Of a stretch of 64,000 bases of DNA, positions 56,389 to 64,000 are shown one piece after another. Made by a program: the position numbers and the translations under genes. The stretch covers positions 128,001-192,000 of the forward strand of contig CAVSGI010000009.1 in NCBI GenBank assembly GCA_963727445.1, given 5' to 3'. Within the stretch, counting starts at the first letter, position 1; every line of letters begins with the position of its first letter. The stretch is from an uncultured delta proteobacterium (lineage in GTDB: Bacteria; Myxococcota_A; Polyangia; Polyangiales; B10-G4). The notes under the pieces are model-generated. The model was not told where the DNA came from and ran no database searches. It saw only the letters and a program-made list of their open reading frames with translations.

Positions 56389-57412
56389 ATGAACCAGCTC
56401 ATCGCGCGCAACTGGCGGGACCTCATCCGCCCGAAGACCATCCCCGTCGACGAGGACACCCTCACCGACTACTACGGGAAGTTCGTCGCCGAGCCTCTCG
56501 AGCGCGGCTTCGGCCTCACCCTCGGGAACTCGCTCCGCCGGGTCCTGCTCTCGTCGCTCCAGGGTGCGGCGATCACCGACGTCAAGATCGATGGCGCTCT
56601 GCACGAGTTCACCTCGGTCCCAGACGTCGTCGAGGACGTCACGGAGATCGTCCTGAACCTGAAGGAGGTCATCATCAATTCGCACACCACCCAGTCCGGT
56701 GCAGGTGCGGATCGACAAGGAAGGCCCCTGTGAGGTCAAGGCCGGCGACATCGAGAAGTCGGACCAGATCGAGATCCTCAACCCCGACCACGTGCATCTG
56801 CACCGTGTCGAAGGGTGGCCGCTTCTCGGCCGAGCTCACCATCAACGTGGGCCGCGGCTACGTGCGCGCCGACCGCAACAAGGCGCCGGGCACGCCCATC
56901 GGCACCATCCCGATCGACGCGCTCTTCTCGCCGATCCGCAAGGTCAACTACACGGTGACCAACGCGCGCGTCGGGCAGCATGACCGACTACGACAAGCTC
57001 ACCCTCGAGGTCTGGACGAACGGGACGGTCAAGCCGCAGGACGCGGTGGCCTTCGCGGCGAAGATCCTCAAGGAGCAGCTCAACGTCTTCATCAACTTCG
57101 AGGAAGAGGAAGAGCCGGTCGAGCAGGAGGCCGAGGAGGAGCCGCTCAACGAGAACCTCTTCCGTTCGGTGGAGGAGCTCGAGCTCAGCGGTGCGCTCGG
57201 CGAACTGCCTGCAGAACGCGTCAACATCCACATCATCGGCGAGCTGGTCCAGAAGACCGAGGCCGAGATGCTCAAGACGAAGAACTTCGGCCGCAAGTAG
57301 CCTGAAGGAGATCAAGGAGATCCTCGCCGACATGGGCCTGTCCCTCGGCATGAAGATCGACAACTGGCCCCAGATGCTCGAGCGCTGGAAGGGTCAGCAG
57401 GGCGGCAGCTGA
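56389..57412 (+). CDS. rpoA: RNA polymerase alpha subunit (several indels, probable assembly errors)
   Basis: [39 protein letters not shown] and NFGRKSL.EIK are spread across frames. Confidence 0.95.
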
Positions 57413-57452
57413 AAGAGATTGGCGGCGGTGAACGCGCCGCTGGAGAAGGACG

Positions 57453-57974
57453 ATGCGACATCAGAAGGCAGGCCGGAAGTTCGGCCGTAACACCAGCCAC
57501 CGCCGGGCCATGTTCCGGAACCTCGCGGGGAACTTGATCCTGCACGAGAGGATCGAGACCACCGAGGCGAAGGCCAAGGAGCTCCGTCGGGTCGCCGAGC
57601 GGCTCATCACCCGGGCCACGCGCCTCGGTGACGACCTCACGGCGGACATCGGCAAGCTGAAGGACGAGGATCGCGAGCGCGTCGTCGCGCGGCGCACCCA
57701 CGCCCAGCGTAAGGTCGCCGCGTTCCTTCCGAAGCGGATGAGCCGGACGACCGGCGACGGAGACGTCGAAGAGGTCGATCTGGTTCACAAGCTCTTCCAC
57801 GACATCGCCCCGCGGTACATGGACCGCATCGGCGAGGGCAAGGGCGGCGGCTACACCCGGATCATCAAGAAGATCCGCCGCAAGGGCGACAACGCCCCGA
57901 TGGCGATCATCGAGCTCATCGGCAGCGAGACGGACTTCAGCGAAGACGCTGGGGACGACGACGACGACGAGTAA
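57453..57974 (+). CDS. rplQ: 50S ribosomal protein L17 with internal insertions
   Basis: [26 protein letters not shown] and [20 protein letters not shown]. Confidence 0.96.
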   Translation: MRHQKAGRKFGRNTSHRRAMFRNLAGNLILHERIETTEAKAKELRRVAERLITRATRLGDDLTADIGKLKDEDRERVVARRTHAQRKVAAFLPKRMSRTTGDGDVEEVDLVHKLFHDIAPRYMDRIGEGKGGGYTRIIKKIRRKGDNAPMAIIELIGSETDFSEDAGDDDDDE

Positions 57975-58021
57975 CGGATAACGGCTCGTGCGCAATGAGG
58001 CGCGCGTGTTGGGAGAGGCGG

Positions 58022-58050
58022 GAGCCCGGGTCGAGAGACTCGGGCTTTTT
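58022..58050 (+). terminator. Intrinsic terminator of the alpha operon
   Basis: GAGCCCGGGTC-GAGA-GACTCGGGCTT followed by a T run. Confidence 0.8.
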
Positions 58051-58059
58051 GCCGTTAAC

Positions 58060-58190
58060 GGCGTTGGCGTTGGCGTTGGCGTTGGCGTTGGCGTTGGCGT
58101 TCGCGTTGGCGTTGGCGTTGACGTTCGCGTTGGCGTTGACGTTCGCGTTGGCGTTCGCGTTCACGTGGGCGTTCGCGTTCGCGTTGGCGT
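58060..58190. repeat. Hexamer microsatellite (GGCGTT/CGCGTT/GACGTT/CACGTT)n, module copy 1
   Basis: Directly visible. Confidence 0.92.
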
Positions 58191-58192
58191 GC

Positions 58193-58261
58193 GGCTCTTC
58201 TTCGCTTCGCTCGAACTCGCCGCGAGGGGGACGGCTCTTCTTCGCTTCGCTCGAACTCGCC
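58193..58261 (+). repeat. Two copies of the 29-bp repeat GGCTCTTCTTCGCTTCGCTCGAACTCGCC
   Basis: Copies start at 58193 and 58233. Confidence 0.92.
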
Positions 58262-58276
58262 TTCGAATGAGGGCGT

Positions 58277-58436
58277 GGGCTCCTTTGCTCGGGCGGCCGC
58301 GAGGGTGCCGCCGTGCTCGGCCGCGTCAAGGCTCGCGCCGCCGGAGGCGGCGCGACCGGAGCTCCGCTCCGGCTGAAGGCCTTGACCCGGCCTGCGCGCG
58401 GCGGCGGGGGGCCGGCTTTCACGAGCAAAGGAGCTC
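58277..58436 (+). promoter_or_regulatory. Structured leader that pairs with the RBS of the four-helix-bundle gene (copy 1)
   Basis: 58277-58291 pairs with 58422-58436, which contains AAGGAG; nested inner stems. Confidence 0.65.
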
Positions 58437-58440
58437 AAGC

Positions 58441-58767
58441 ATGAAAGACTTCAAGTGTTACCAACTCTCTCTCGAAGGTGTGCGGCTGGTGAGGCCGTTG
58501 ATCGAGGGGATCGAGAGGCATGACCGGGATCTGGGGCGTCAGCTGCGGAGGTGTCTGAGCAGTGTGCCGTTGAATGTTGCCGAGGGGAGTCGCTCGAGCG
58601 GGAAGAACAAGCAAGCGCGGTATGCGAACGCGATGGGCTCGGCCCGGGAGGCGGTCGCGTGTCTCGAGACGGCAGAGGCGCTGGGATATCTGAGGCAGGA
58701 GGCGCTACCGGTGCCGATCGACAAGCTCGAGCACGTCGTCGCGATTCTCTTCAACCTCTGTCGGTAG
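58441..58767 (+). CDS. Four-helix-bundle protein (23S rRNA IVP / Avd-like family), copy 1
   Basis: QLRR..SSVPLNVAEG, Y..A.GSA.E..ACLE.A..LGY; AAGGAG RBS. Confidence 0.88.
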   Translation: MKDFKCYQLSLEGVRLVRPLIEGIERHDRDLGRQLRRCLSSVPLNVAEGSRSSGKNKQARYANAMGSAREAVACLETAEALGYLRQEALPVPIDKLEHVVAILFNLCR

Positions 58768-58850
58768 CCGGGGCAGCGAGTGACGGCCGCCTGTGGATCG
58801 CCGGCGGCCGTCGCTCTGCGGACTCGCCGCCAGAACCGGGTCATCCGGTT

Positions 58851-59177
58851 CTACTTGCGACGCAGCATCCATAGGAGGCCGAGAAGGGCTGCGCCGACTA
58901 TGCCGATGGTCAGGTAGGAGAAGCTCACCGGATGGCTCGTGGGAGGCGTGTATGGGCGCATGGAGAGCTGGTCGATCTCGCGACGCGTTTGCTCCCGGCG
59001 TCGCCGGCGCTCGATCCCGCGTTTGGTGCGCCGGTGGTCGAAGCCAACCTGGCAGCCGCCGCCGGCGCTGTGCGCCCCGAGCGACGCTCCGTCACTCCCG
59101 CCTCCTGCCGAGGCGAGCCCAGCGACGAGAAGTCCCGCGCACCACAGGCGCGCGAGTCGACCGTGCCCCCTTCCCAT
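58851..59177 (-). CDS. Small hypothetical protein with an N-terminal hydrophobic segment and a C-terminal TM plus RRK tail
   Basis: LWCAGLLVAGLASA ... LTIGIVGAALLGLLWMLRRK. Confidence 0.45.
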   Translation of the reverse strand: MGRGHGRLARLWCAGLLVAGLASAGGGSDGASLGAHSAGGGCQVGFDHRRTKRGIERRRRREQTRREIDQLSMRPYTPPTSHPVSFSYLTIGIVGAALLGLLWMLRRK

Positions 59178-59267
59178 GCAGAGACCGTAGCACGCTGCAC
59201 GCGAGCGGCCCTGGGGCGCGCGACATGACTCGAAGACAAGCGAACGAGCCGAATCGACGGGGGGGGC

Positions 59268-59410
59268 CGCGTTGGCGTTGGCGTGAGCGTGGGCGATGGC
59301 GTTCGCGTTGGCGTTCGCGTTGGCGTTCGCGTGGGCGTTCGCGTTGGCGTTCGCGTTGGCGTTGGCGTTCACGTTCACGTTCACGTTCACGTTCGCGCGG
59401 GCGTTCGCGT
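59268..59410. repeat. Hexamer microsatellite (GGCGTT/CGCGTT/CACGTT)n, module copy 2
   Basis: Directly visible. Confidence 0.92.
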
Positions 59411-59412
59411 GT

Positions 59413-59558
59413 GGCTCTTCTTCGCTTCGCTCGAACTCGCCGGAGGAGGTCGGCTCTTCTTCGCTTCGCTCGAACTCGCCGGAGGAGGTCGGCTCTTCTT
59501 CGCTTCGCTCGAACTCGCCGGAGGGGGTCGGCTCTTCTTCGCTTCGCTCGAACTCGCC
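59413..59558 (+). repeat. Four copies of the 29-bp repeat with 10-bp GGAGG(A/G)GGTC linkers
   Basis: Copies start at 59413, 59452, 59491 and 59530 (39-bp period). Confidence 0.92.
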
Positions 59559-59573
59559 TTCGAATGAGGGCGT

Positions 59574-59732
59574 GGGCTCCTTTGCTCGGGCGGCCGCGAG
59601 GGTGCCGCCGTGCTCGGCCGCGTCAAGGCTCGCGCCGCCGGAGGCGGCGCGCCCGGAGCTCCGCTCCGGCTGAAGGCCTTGACCCGGCCTGCGCGCGGCG
59701 GCGGGGGGCGGCTTTCACGAGCAAAGGAGCTC
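59574..59732 (+). promoter_or_regulatory. Structured leader that pairs with the RBS (copy 2)
   Basis: 59574-59588 pairs with 59718-59732. Confidence 0.65.
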
Positions 59733-59736
59733 AAGC

Positions 59737-60063
59737 ATGAAAGACTTCAAGTGTTATCAACTCTCTCTCGACGCCGTGCGGTTGGTGAGGCCGTTGATCG
59801 AGGGGATCGAGAGGCATGACCGGGATCTGGGGCGTCAGCTGCGGAGGTGTCTGAGCAGTGTGCCGTTGAATGTTGCCGAGGGGAGTCGCTCGAGCGGGAA
59901 GAACAAGCAAGCGCGGTATGCGAACGCGATGGGCTCGGCCCGGGAGGCGGTCGCGTGTCTCGAGACGGCAGAGGCGCTGGGATATCTGAGGCAGGAGGCG
60001 CTACCGGTGCCGATCGACAAGCTCGAGCACGTCGTCGCGATTCTCTTCAATCTCTGTCGGTGA
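59737..60063 (+). CDS. Four-helix-bundle protein, copy 2
   Basis: Identical to copy 1 except E12D and G13A. Confidence 0.88.
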   Translation: MKDFKCYQLSLDAVRLVRPLIEGIERHDRDLGRQLRRCLSSVPLNVAEGSRSSGKNKQARYANAMGSAREAVACLETAEALGYLRQEALPVPIDKLEHVVAILFNLCR

Positions 60064-60076
60064 TGATCTCGGCACG

Positions 60077-60226
60077 GCGGCCATTGCTCGCAGGATGACA
60101 ACCAATTCTCCGCGCAATGGCCGCTTTGCGGCCAATGCTCTCGGGATACGCCTCCATCCCCCGCGTTGTGGCCGCATTCCGGCCATTGCGGCTGGGATGA
60201 CCCTTCATCCCCTGTGTTGTGACCGC
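60077..60226. repeat. Three tandem 51-bp palindromic units
   Basis: (G/C)CGGCCA(T/A)TGC starts at 60077, 60128 and 60179; each unit closes with TG(G/A)CCGC. Confidence 0.75.
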
Positions 60227-60277
60227 GATGACACTCACGGCGAACGTCCCGCGACGCGCTCGACCTGGCGAAATCTC

Positions 60278-62615
60278 TCAGCAATCTGTAAAGCCCCCTG
60301 CCATCGCGCAGGTGTCCACGTCACCCACGATCCCATCGACCCCGGCCGTACCGTCGTTGCCGTCCTGCTCACCTGCGGGGGCCGTTGGGGCCGAGGCTCC
60401 GCCCGCGCCGCCGGTCCCCGCGCTTCCGCCGCTGAAGGCGCATCCCTGCCGGATGGTCGAGGACTCGCTGAAGATGCCCATGGACACGCCGCCGGCTCCG
60501 CCGCCGCCGCCGCCACCATGCCCTCCGTGCGCCCCCGCGGCCCCTCGCCCTCCTGGCCCTGAACCTCCGGCTCCCAGCCCCCCGGCCGCGCCCGCGCCGC
60601 CGCTCTGACCGCGCCCGCCCACGCCGCCCGCGCCGCCGGCGCCCCCGTCACCTTGCACCACGTCGCAGTCCGAGAGGTCCAACGTCGCGTCGACGGCGAA
60701 CACACCGAAGCTCCCGCCGCCGCCACCCCCGCGGCCGCCGCCCGCCAAGGCGGCGCATCCCCCGGCGCCGCCGCCACCGCCGCCTGCGCCATGAGCGTCG
60801 GTGCCCGCATCGCAGCCCCCACTGCCCGCGCCGCCGCCGCCGCCCGAGCCATTCTCCCCGGTCCCCCCCTGGCTACCGCTCGCGGCCACCCAGTAGTCGC
60901 CCATCATCAGGCCCCGTGCGTTCATGGCACCGATTCCGGCCCTGCCGTTGCTCATGCGCCCCTCGTACCCCGAGCCCGTGAGCCCACACGTAGTGCCGTT
61001 CAGCCCGCCAACGCCCACGTATGTCATCATGTTCGAGTAGGCCGCGTTCCCCCCGGGGCCGCCGGGTGTCGCCCTGTAGTCGAGCGCGGAGCAGTCGGCG
61101 TCCATCTTGCCGCCGACGCCGCCACCGCCGCCGCCCGGAAGCGTCGTGCCCGGACCGGTGCACCGGTTGTTCCCCCCCGGGCCTCCCGCCCCACGCGTCG
61201 TGTCGTCGCAGACCGTCGCGTAGTAGTCCGCGTTGCCGCCGCCGACTCCGTTCATGTAGCCCGCTGAATCGACCATGGGCGCGTCCACACCCGCCGTTCC
61301 ATCAGCGCCCGCTACGCCGTTACCCGCTTGGATCGTCGCCCTCACGATATCGAAGCCCGGAACGCGCGCCGCGTGCACGACGTAGGTCGACGCCCCCGCT
61401 CCCGACGCATCCGGTCCGACCAGTACCAGACCGTCGAGCGTGGGCGCGACGGTGAGATCGTGGGCGTTCACGGTCAGGTACTGGCCACTGTCGGTGTCGA
61501 GGCCACCCCGGATGAGGGTGCGGTGCGTCGACTCACTCCTGTCACCGCGCACCCAATCGGCGTCGTAGCCGCCGAAGATGCGGATGCCGTCGCTCAGCGT
61601 CACCACCTCGTTGTAGGCGCCGGCCATGACGAAGAGGTCGTCGCGGCCTTCGGCGGCGGCGCGCGTCATTCCGTAATCGATGGTGCGGCAGGGCGTGGCG
61701 AAGTCGAGGCCGCAGCTCGAGGAGTCATCACCGGCGGTGCCCGACACCAGGATCCCCTGCGTCAGGTCCCCGTCGATGCCGTCGCAATTCGAGTCGACGA
61801 AGGAGCCGTCCGGGTCGTCGGATTCCGGGGGCGACTGCGCACTCGCAGCCGTTGCTGGGGTCACGGTCGGCGTCCCCGTAGCCCTCCGCGCACGAAATGC
61901 CGCAGGTGCCCGCGTTGCAACCTGCCACGGCGTGGACCTGCGCAGGCGTGGTGTCCGGACACACGACGCAGTCGTTCGTGCCCGTCGGGCCGCAGTGCAT
62001 CGCGTCGTTCAGGTGGTCGGCCGGCGTTTGCACGCAAGCGCTCATGGACTCGACGCACTCGTCGATGGTGCAGCTGTCGTCGTCGGTGCAGTCCGGCATG
62101 CCGACGCTCTGGCACGCGCCCGTCACGCAGACCTGGACCCCGCCGCAGAAGCCGCCGTACCGGGCGCAATCCGCGTCGGATTCGCAGGTTCCGCTCGGCA
62201 CACAGCCCCTGCCGACACCGCAGACCGTTCCGCTCGGGCACGAGCTGTCGTCGGGGGTGTTCTGGCAGGCGTCGGTTGCGGCGAGGCACGTGTCGACGGT
62301 GCACACGAAGCCGTCGTCGCAGGTGGGCGGCGGGTCCTGGGTGCAGATCCCGCGCTGGCACGTGACGGTGCCATTGCAGAAGACTCCGTCGTCGGCGCAG
62401 TCGTTGTCGGTGGTGCAGTCGCCGCCGATCGCGACGGACCCGTCCGCACGTCCCCCGTCGGCCCCCCCGTCGGCCGGCTCCGCGTCGGAGCTCGAGCTTT
62501 CGGAGCCGCAGGCCGCAACCGTCATGACGGTCAGGCAGGCTCCCACGAGCAGGGCAGCGGGCGAGTCGCAGGGTCGAGAGGGCAAGAGACCGACGGATAT
62601 TCGCATTGCGGCCAT
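60278..62615 (-). CDS. Large secreted lipoprotein with Cys-rich repeats, a DxNCDGxDG motif, a DUF1565-like domain and a Gly-rich tail (frameshift near 61830)
   Basis: ORF 61728-62615 (lipobox VAAC, CDDG..CT.D.C) joins ORF 60278-61864 (DSNCDGIDG, PCRTI, GAYNE..L..G..IFGGY). Confidence 0.7.
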
Positions 62616-62723
62616 GGTTGCATTCTCACCTGGAGAACCAAAGTCCTATTGGGAAACGGTCCGGTCACACGAACGCTAACGCGGCGGCTGCGGGCTCGCC
62701 GGAAAGCGCTCGCGCGATGGCGT

Positions 62724-63299
62724 CTAGTTGCAGACGTAAACGTCGAAGTCGCCGGCGAAGGTGGCTCCTGCGCCGTTGACGTCGATCGAGCCGGTCGCTC
62801 TGCCGTCTGCGATGGCGTCGAGGGTGGCGACGATCGTGTCGGAGCTGGAGTCCGTCGAAGGAACGGAGAAGGCGATGCTGTTGTCAGGGTCGCGGTCCAC
62901 CCAGGTGAGCTGAAAATGTTGGGACGAGTCCGGCGCGGTGTCGCCGTAGAAGTAGAAGTAGACGCTGACGTTGGCCGCAATGTCGGGCAACGGTTGATCG
63001 CAATCGAGCACCAGGTCGGTCATGACCAGCACGTTGGTTCTCGTGCTGAAGCTTCCCCCGTCGGCATTCGTATCTCCGATCTCGAAGGTCTTGAAGTAGC
63101 CGTACCTGAGCTCGAGGGGCGTGGGGTCCGCTGAGTACTCCGAGTTGCCTTCTCCCGAGATGGGGCTCATGGCGGTGACGGCTGGCGTGGCCCCATCGAC
63201 AGAGCCACCGTCGCTGCCGGAATCGCCTCCACGGACGCGGTCACCACCGCATCCCGTAGCAAAGACGAATACCAGGCCAATGGCGAAACGGACGAGCAC
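62724..63299 (-). CDS. Hypothetical lipoprotein
   Basis: GTG start, VLVRFAIGLVFVFATGC lipobox and an acidic beta-rich body. Confidence 0.55.
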   Translation of the reverse strand: MLVRFAIGLVFVFATGCGGDRVRGGDSGSDGGSVDGATPAVTAMSPISGEGNSEYSADPTPLELRYGYFKTFEIGDTNADGGSFSTRTNVLVMTDLVLDCDQPLPDIAANVSVYFYFYGDTAPDSSQHFQLTWVDRDPDNSIAFSVPSTDSSSDTIVATLDAIADGRATGSIDVNGAGATFAGDFDVYVCN

Positions 63300-63351
63300 G
63301 AGGTGTGATGGTATCGCCTTCCGCTCGGGCGCACGAGCACATCCGAGTCGG

Positions 63352-64000
63352 TTAGAGCTCTCCGGTCGATCCTGGCGTGACCGCGACCGGGTCGGCGAGC
63401 TCGGCGCCTTCGTATCGATTCGGTCGCCGAGTCGTACGGGTAGATGCTTCTCGAGACTGAGAAGCTGCAGTCGTGCCGGTCCCAGTCGAGGTAGGAGTCG
63501 TCGTGTACGGGGTGACCGTCGGGCCAGCTGTCGGGGCGCATTTCGCATCGATAGGGAAGGTGGGCTGCGATGCGTACGACGAGATCGAGGTCGCCATCGC
63601 CGTCCTCGTCTCGGAAGCGGCGAATCGCCGTGCGGTTCGGTCCTCCGTCGCCACCGTGACCGTCGTCGCCGATGTCGATCCCGATCACGCCGTCGAGTGA
63701 GTCGGCGTCCAACACTGCGAGCTCTCGGTGGACGATCTCGTAGGTGCACTCGGGAGGCTCGGCGTTGGCGTACTCCACGACGACCTCCTTCGAACGATCC
63801 CGATCGACGTCGGCCAAGGTGAGATGGTCCAGCTCGATTCGCTCGTCACTCTCTCCGAGCGCCAGGTACGCGTCGAGACTGGGCGCCCGGCCCTTCCATT
63901 CGGAGAAGCGCGCGAGGTAGCCCCGCTCGCCGTGGGGCACGTCGAGGGCGCATTCGTTGCAGCCGTCTTCCTCGCAGGTCGCGAGGCAGTGGTCCAGCAC
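63352..64000 (-). CDS. Partial hypothetical protein with FG-GAP/VCBS-like motifs (5' end outside window, probable frameshift near 63415)
   Basis: DVDRDRSKEVVV and DEDGDGDLDLVV motifs. Confidence 0.5.

Noticed and set aside
59413..59558. 29-bp repeats as a CRISPR array
   Set aside because: Linkers are only 10-11 bp and nearly identical, and there are no cas genes.
58441..60063. Diversity-generating retroelement (Avd plus TR/VR)
   Set aside because: No reverse transcriptase is present in the window, and the differences between copies are not adenine-specific.
62670..62735. attC-like site (CTGCAAC...GTTAGCG on the minus strand)
   Set aside because: Internal pairing is poor, there is no second convincing site, and no integron integrase is present.

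Overview
GC-rich (about 70% by eye) bacterial DNA, most likely from Myxococcota (Polyangia/Sandaracinaceae-like). The placement is inferred from Cys-rich lipoproteins, large TPR proteins, a Ser/Thr kinase and the style of the ribosomal proteins. Layout: (1) 0-14 kb: endonuclease V, an alkyl-sulfatase-like MBL, and an aryl-polyene-like type II FAS/PKS cluster (MMPL, two hot-dog dehydratases, ACP, KS, DUF3261 lipoprotein, esterase, PabB-like enzyme) built around two divergent flavin-dependent halogenase-like paralogs. (2) 14-18 kb: Kelch-like, Ser/Thr kinase and TPR genes. (3) 18-44 kb: a str operon broken into three pieces (rpsL-rpsG | 13 kb accessory genes | fusA | 8 kb including a RAYT transposase | tuf), with near-identical promoters before rpsL and tuf. 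(4) 44-58 kb: the S10-spc-alpha ribosomal cluster, which lacks rplC and map and carries a divergent infA. (5) 58-60 kb: two near-identical copies of a module made of a hexamer microsatellite, a 29-bp repeat array, a highly structured leader that pairs with the RBS, and a four-helix-bundle (IVP/Avd-like) gene. (6) 60-64 kb: secreted Cys/Gly-rich proteins. Many essential genes carry single-base insertions that are best explained as long-read assembly errors. The strongest candidates for new biology are the microsatellite/structured-leader/four-helix-bundle module, which may be linked to the microsatellite-flanked RAYT, and the twin-halogenase APE-like cluster. All protein assignments come from motif recognition by eye; no database searches were run.
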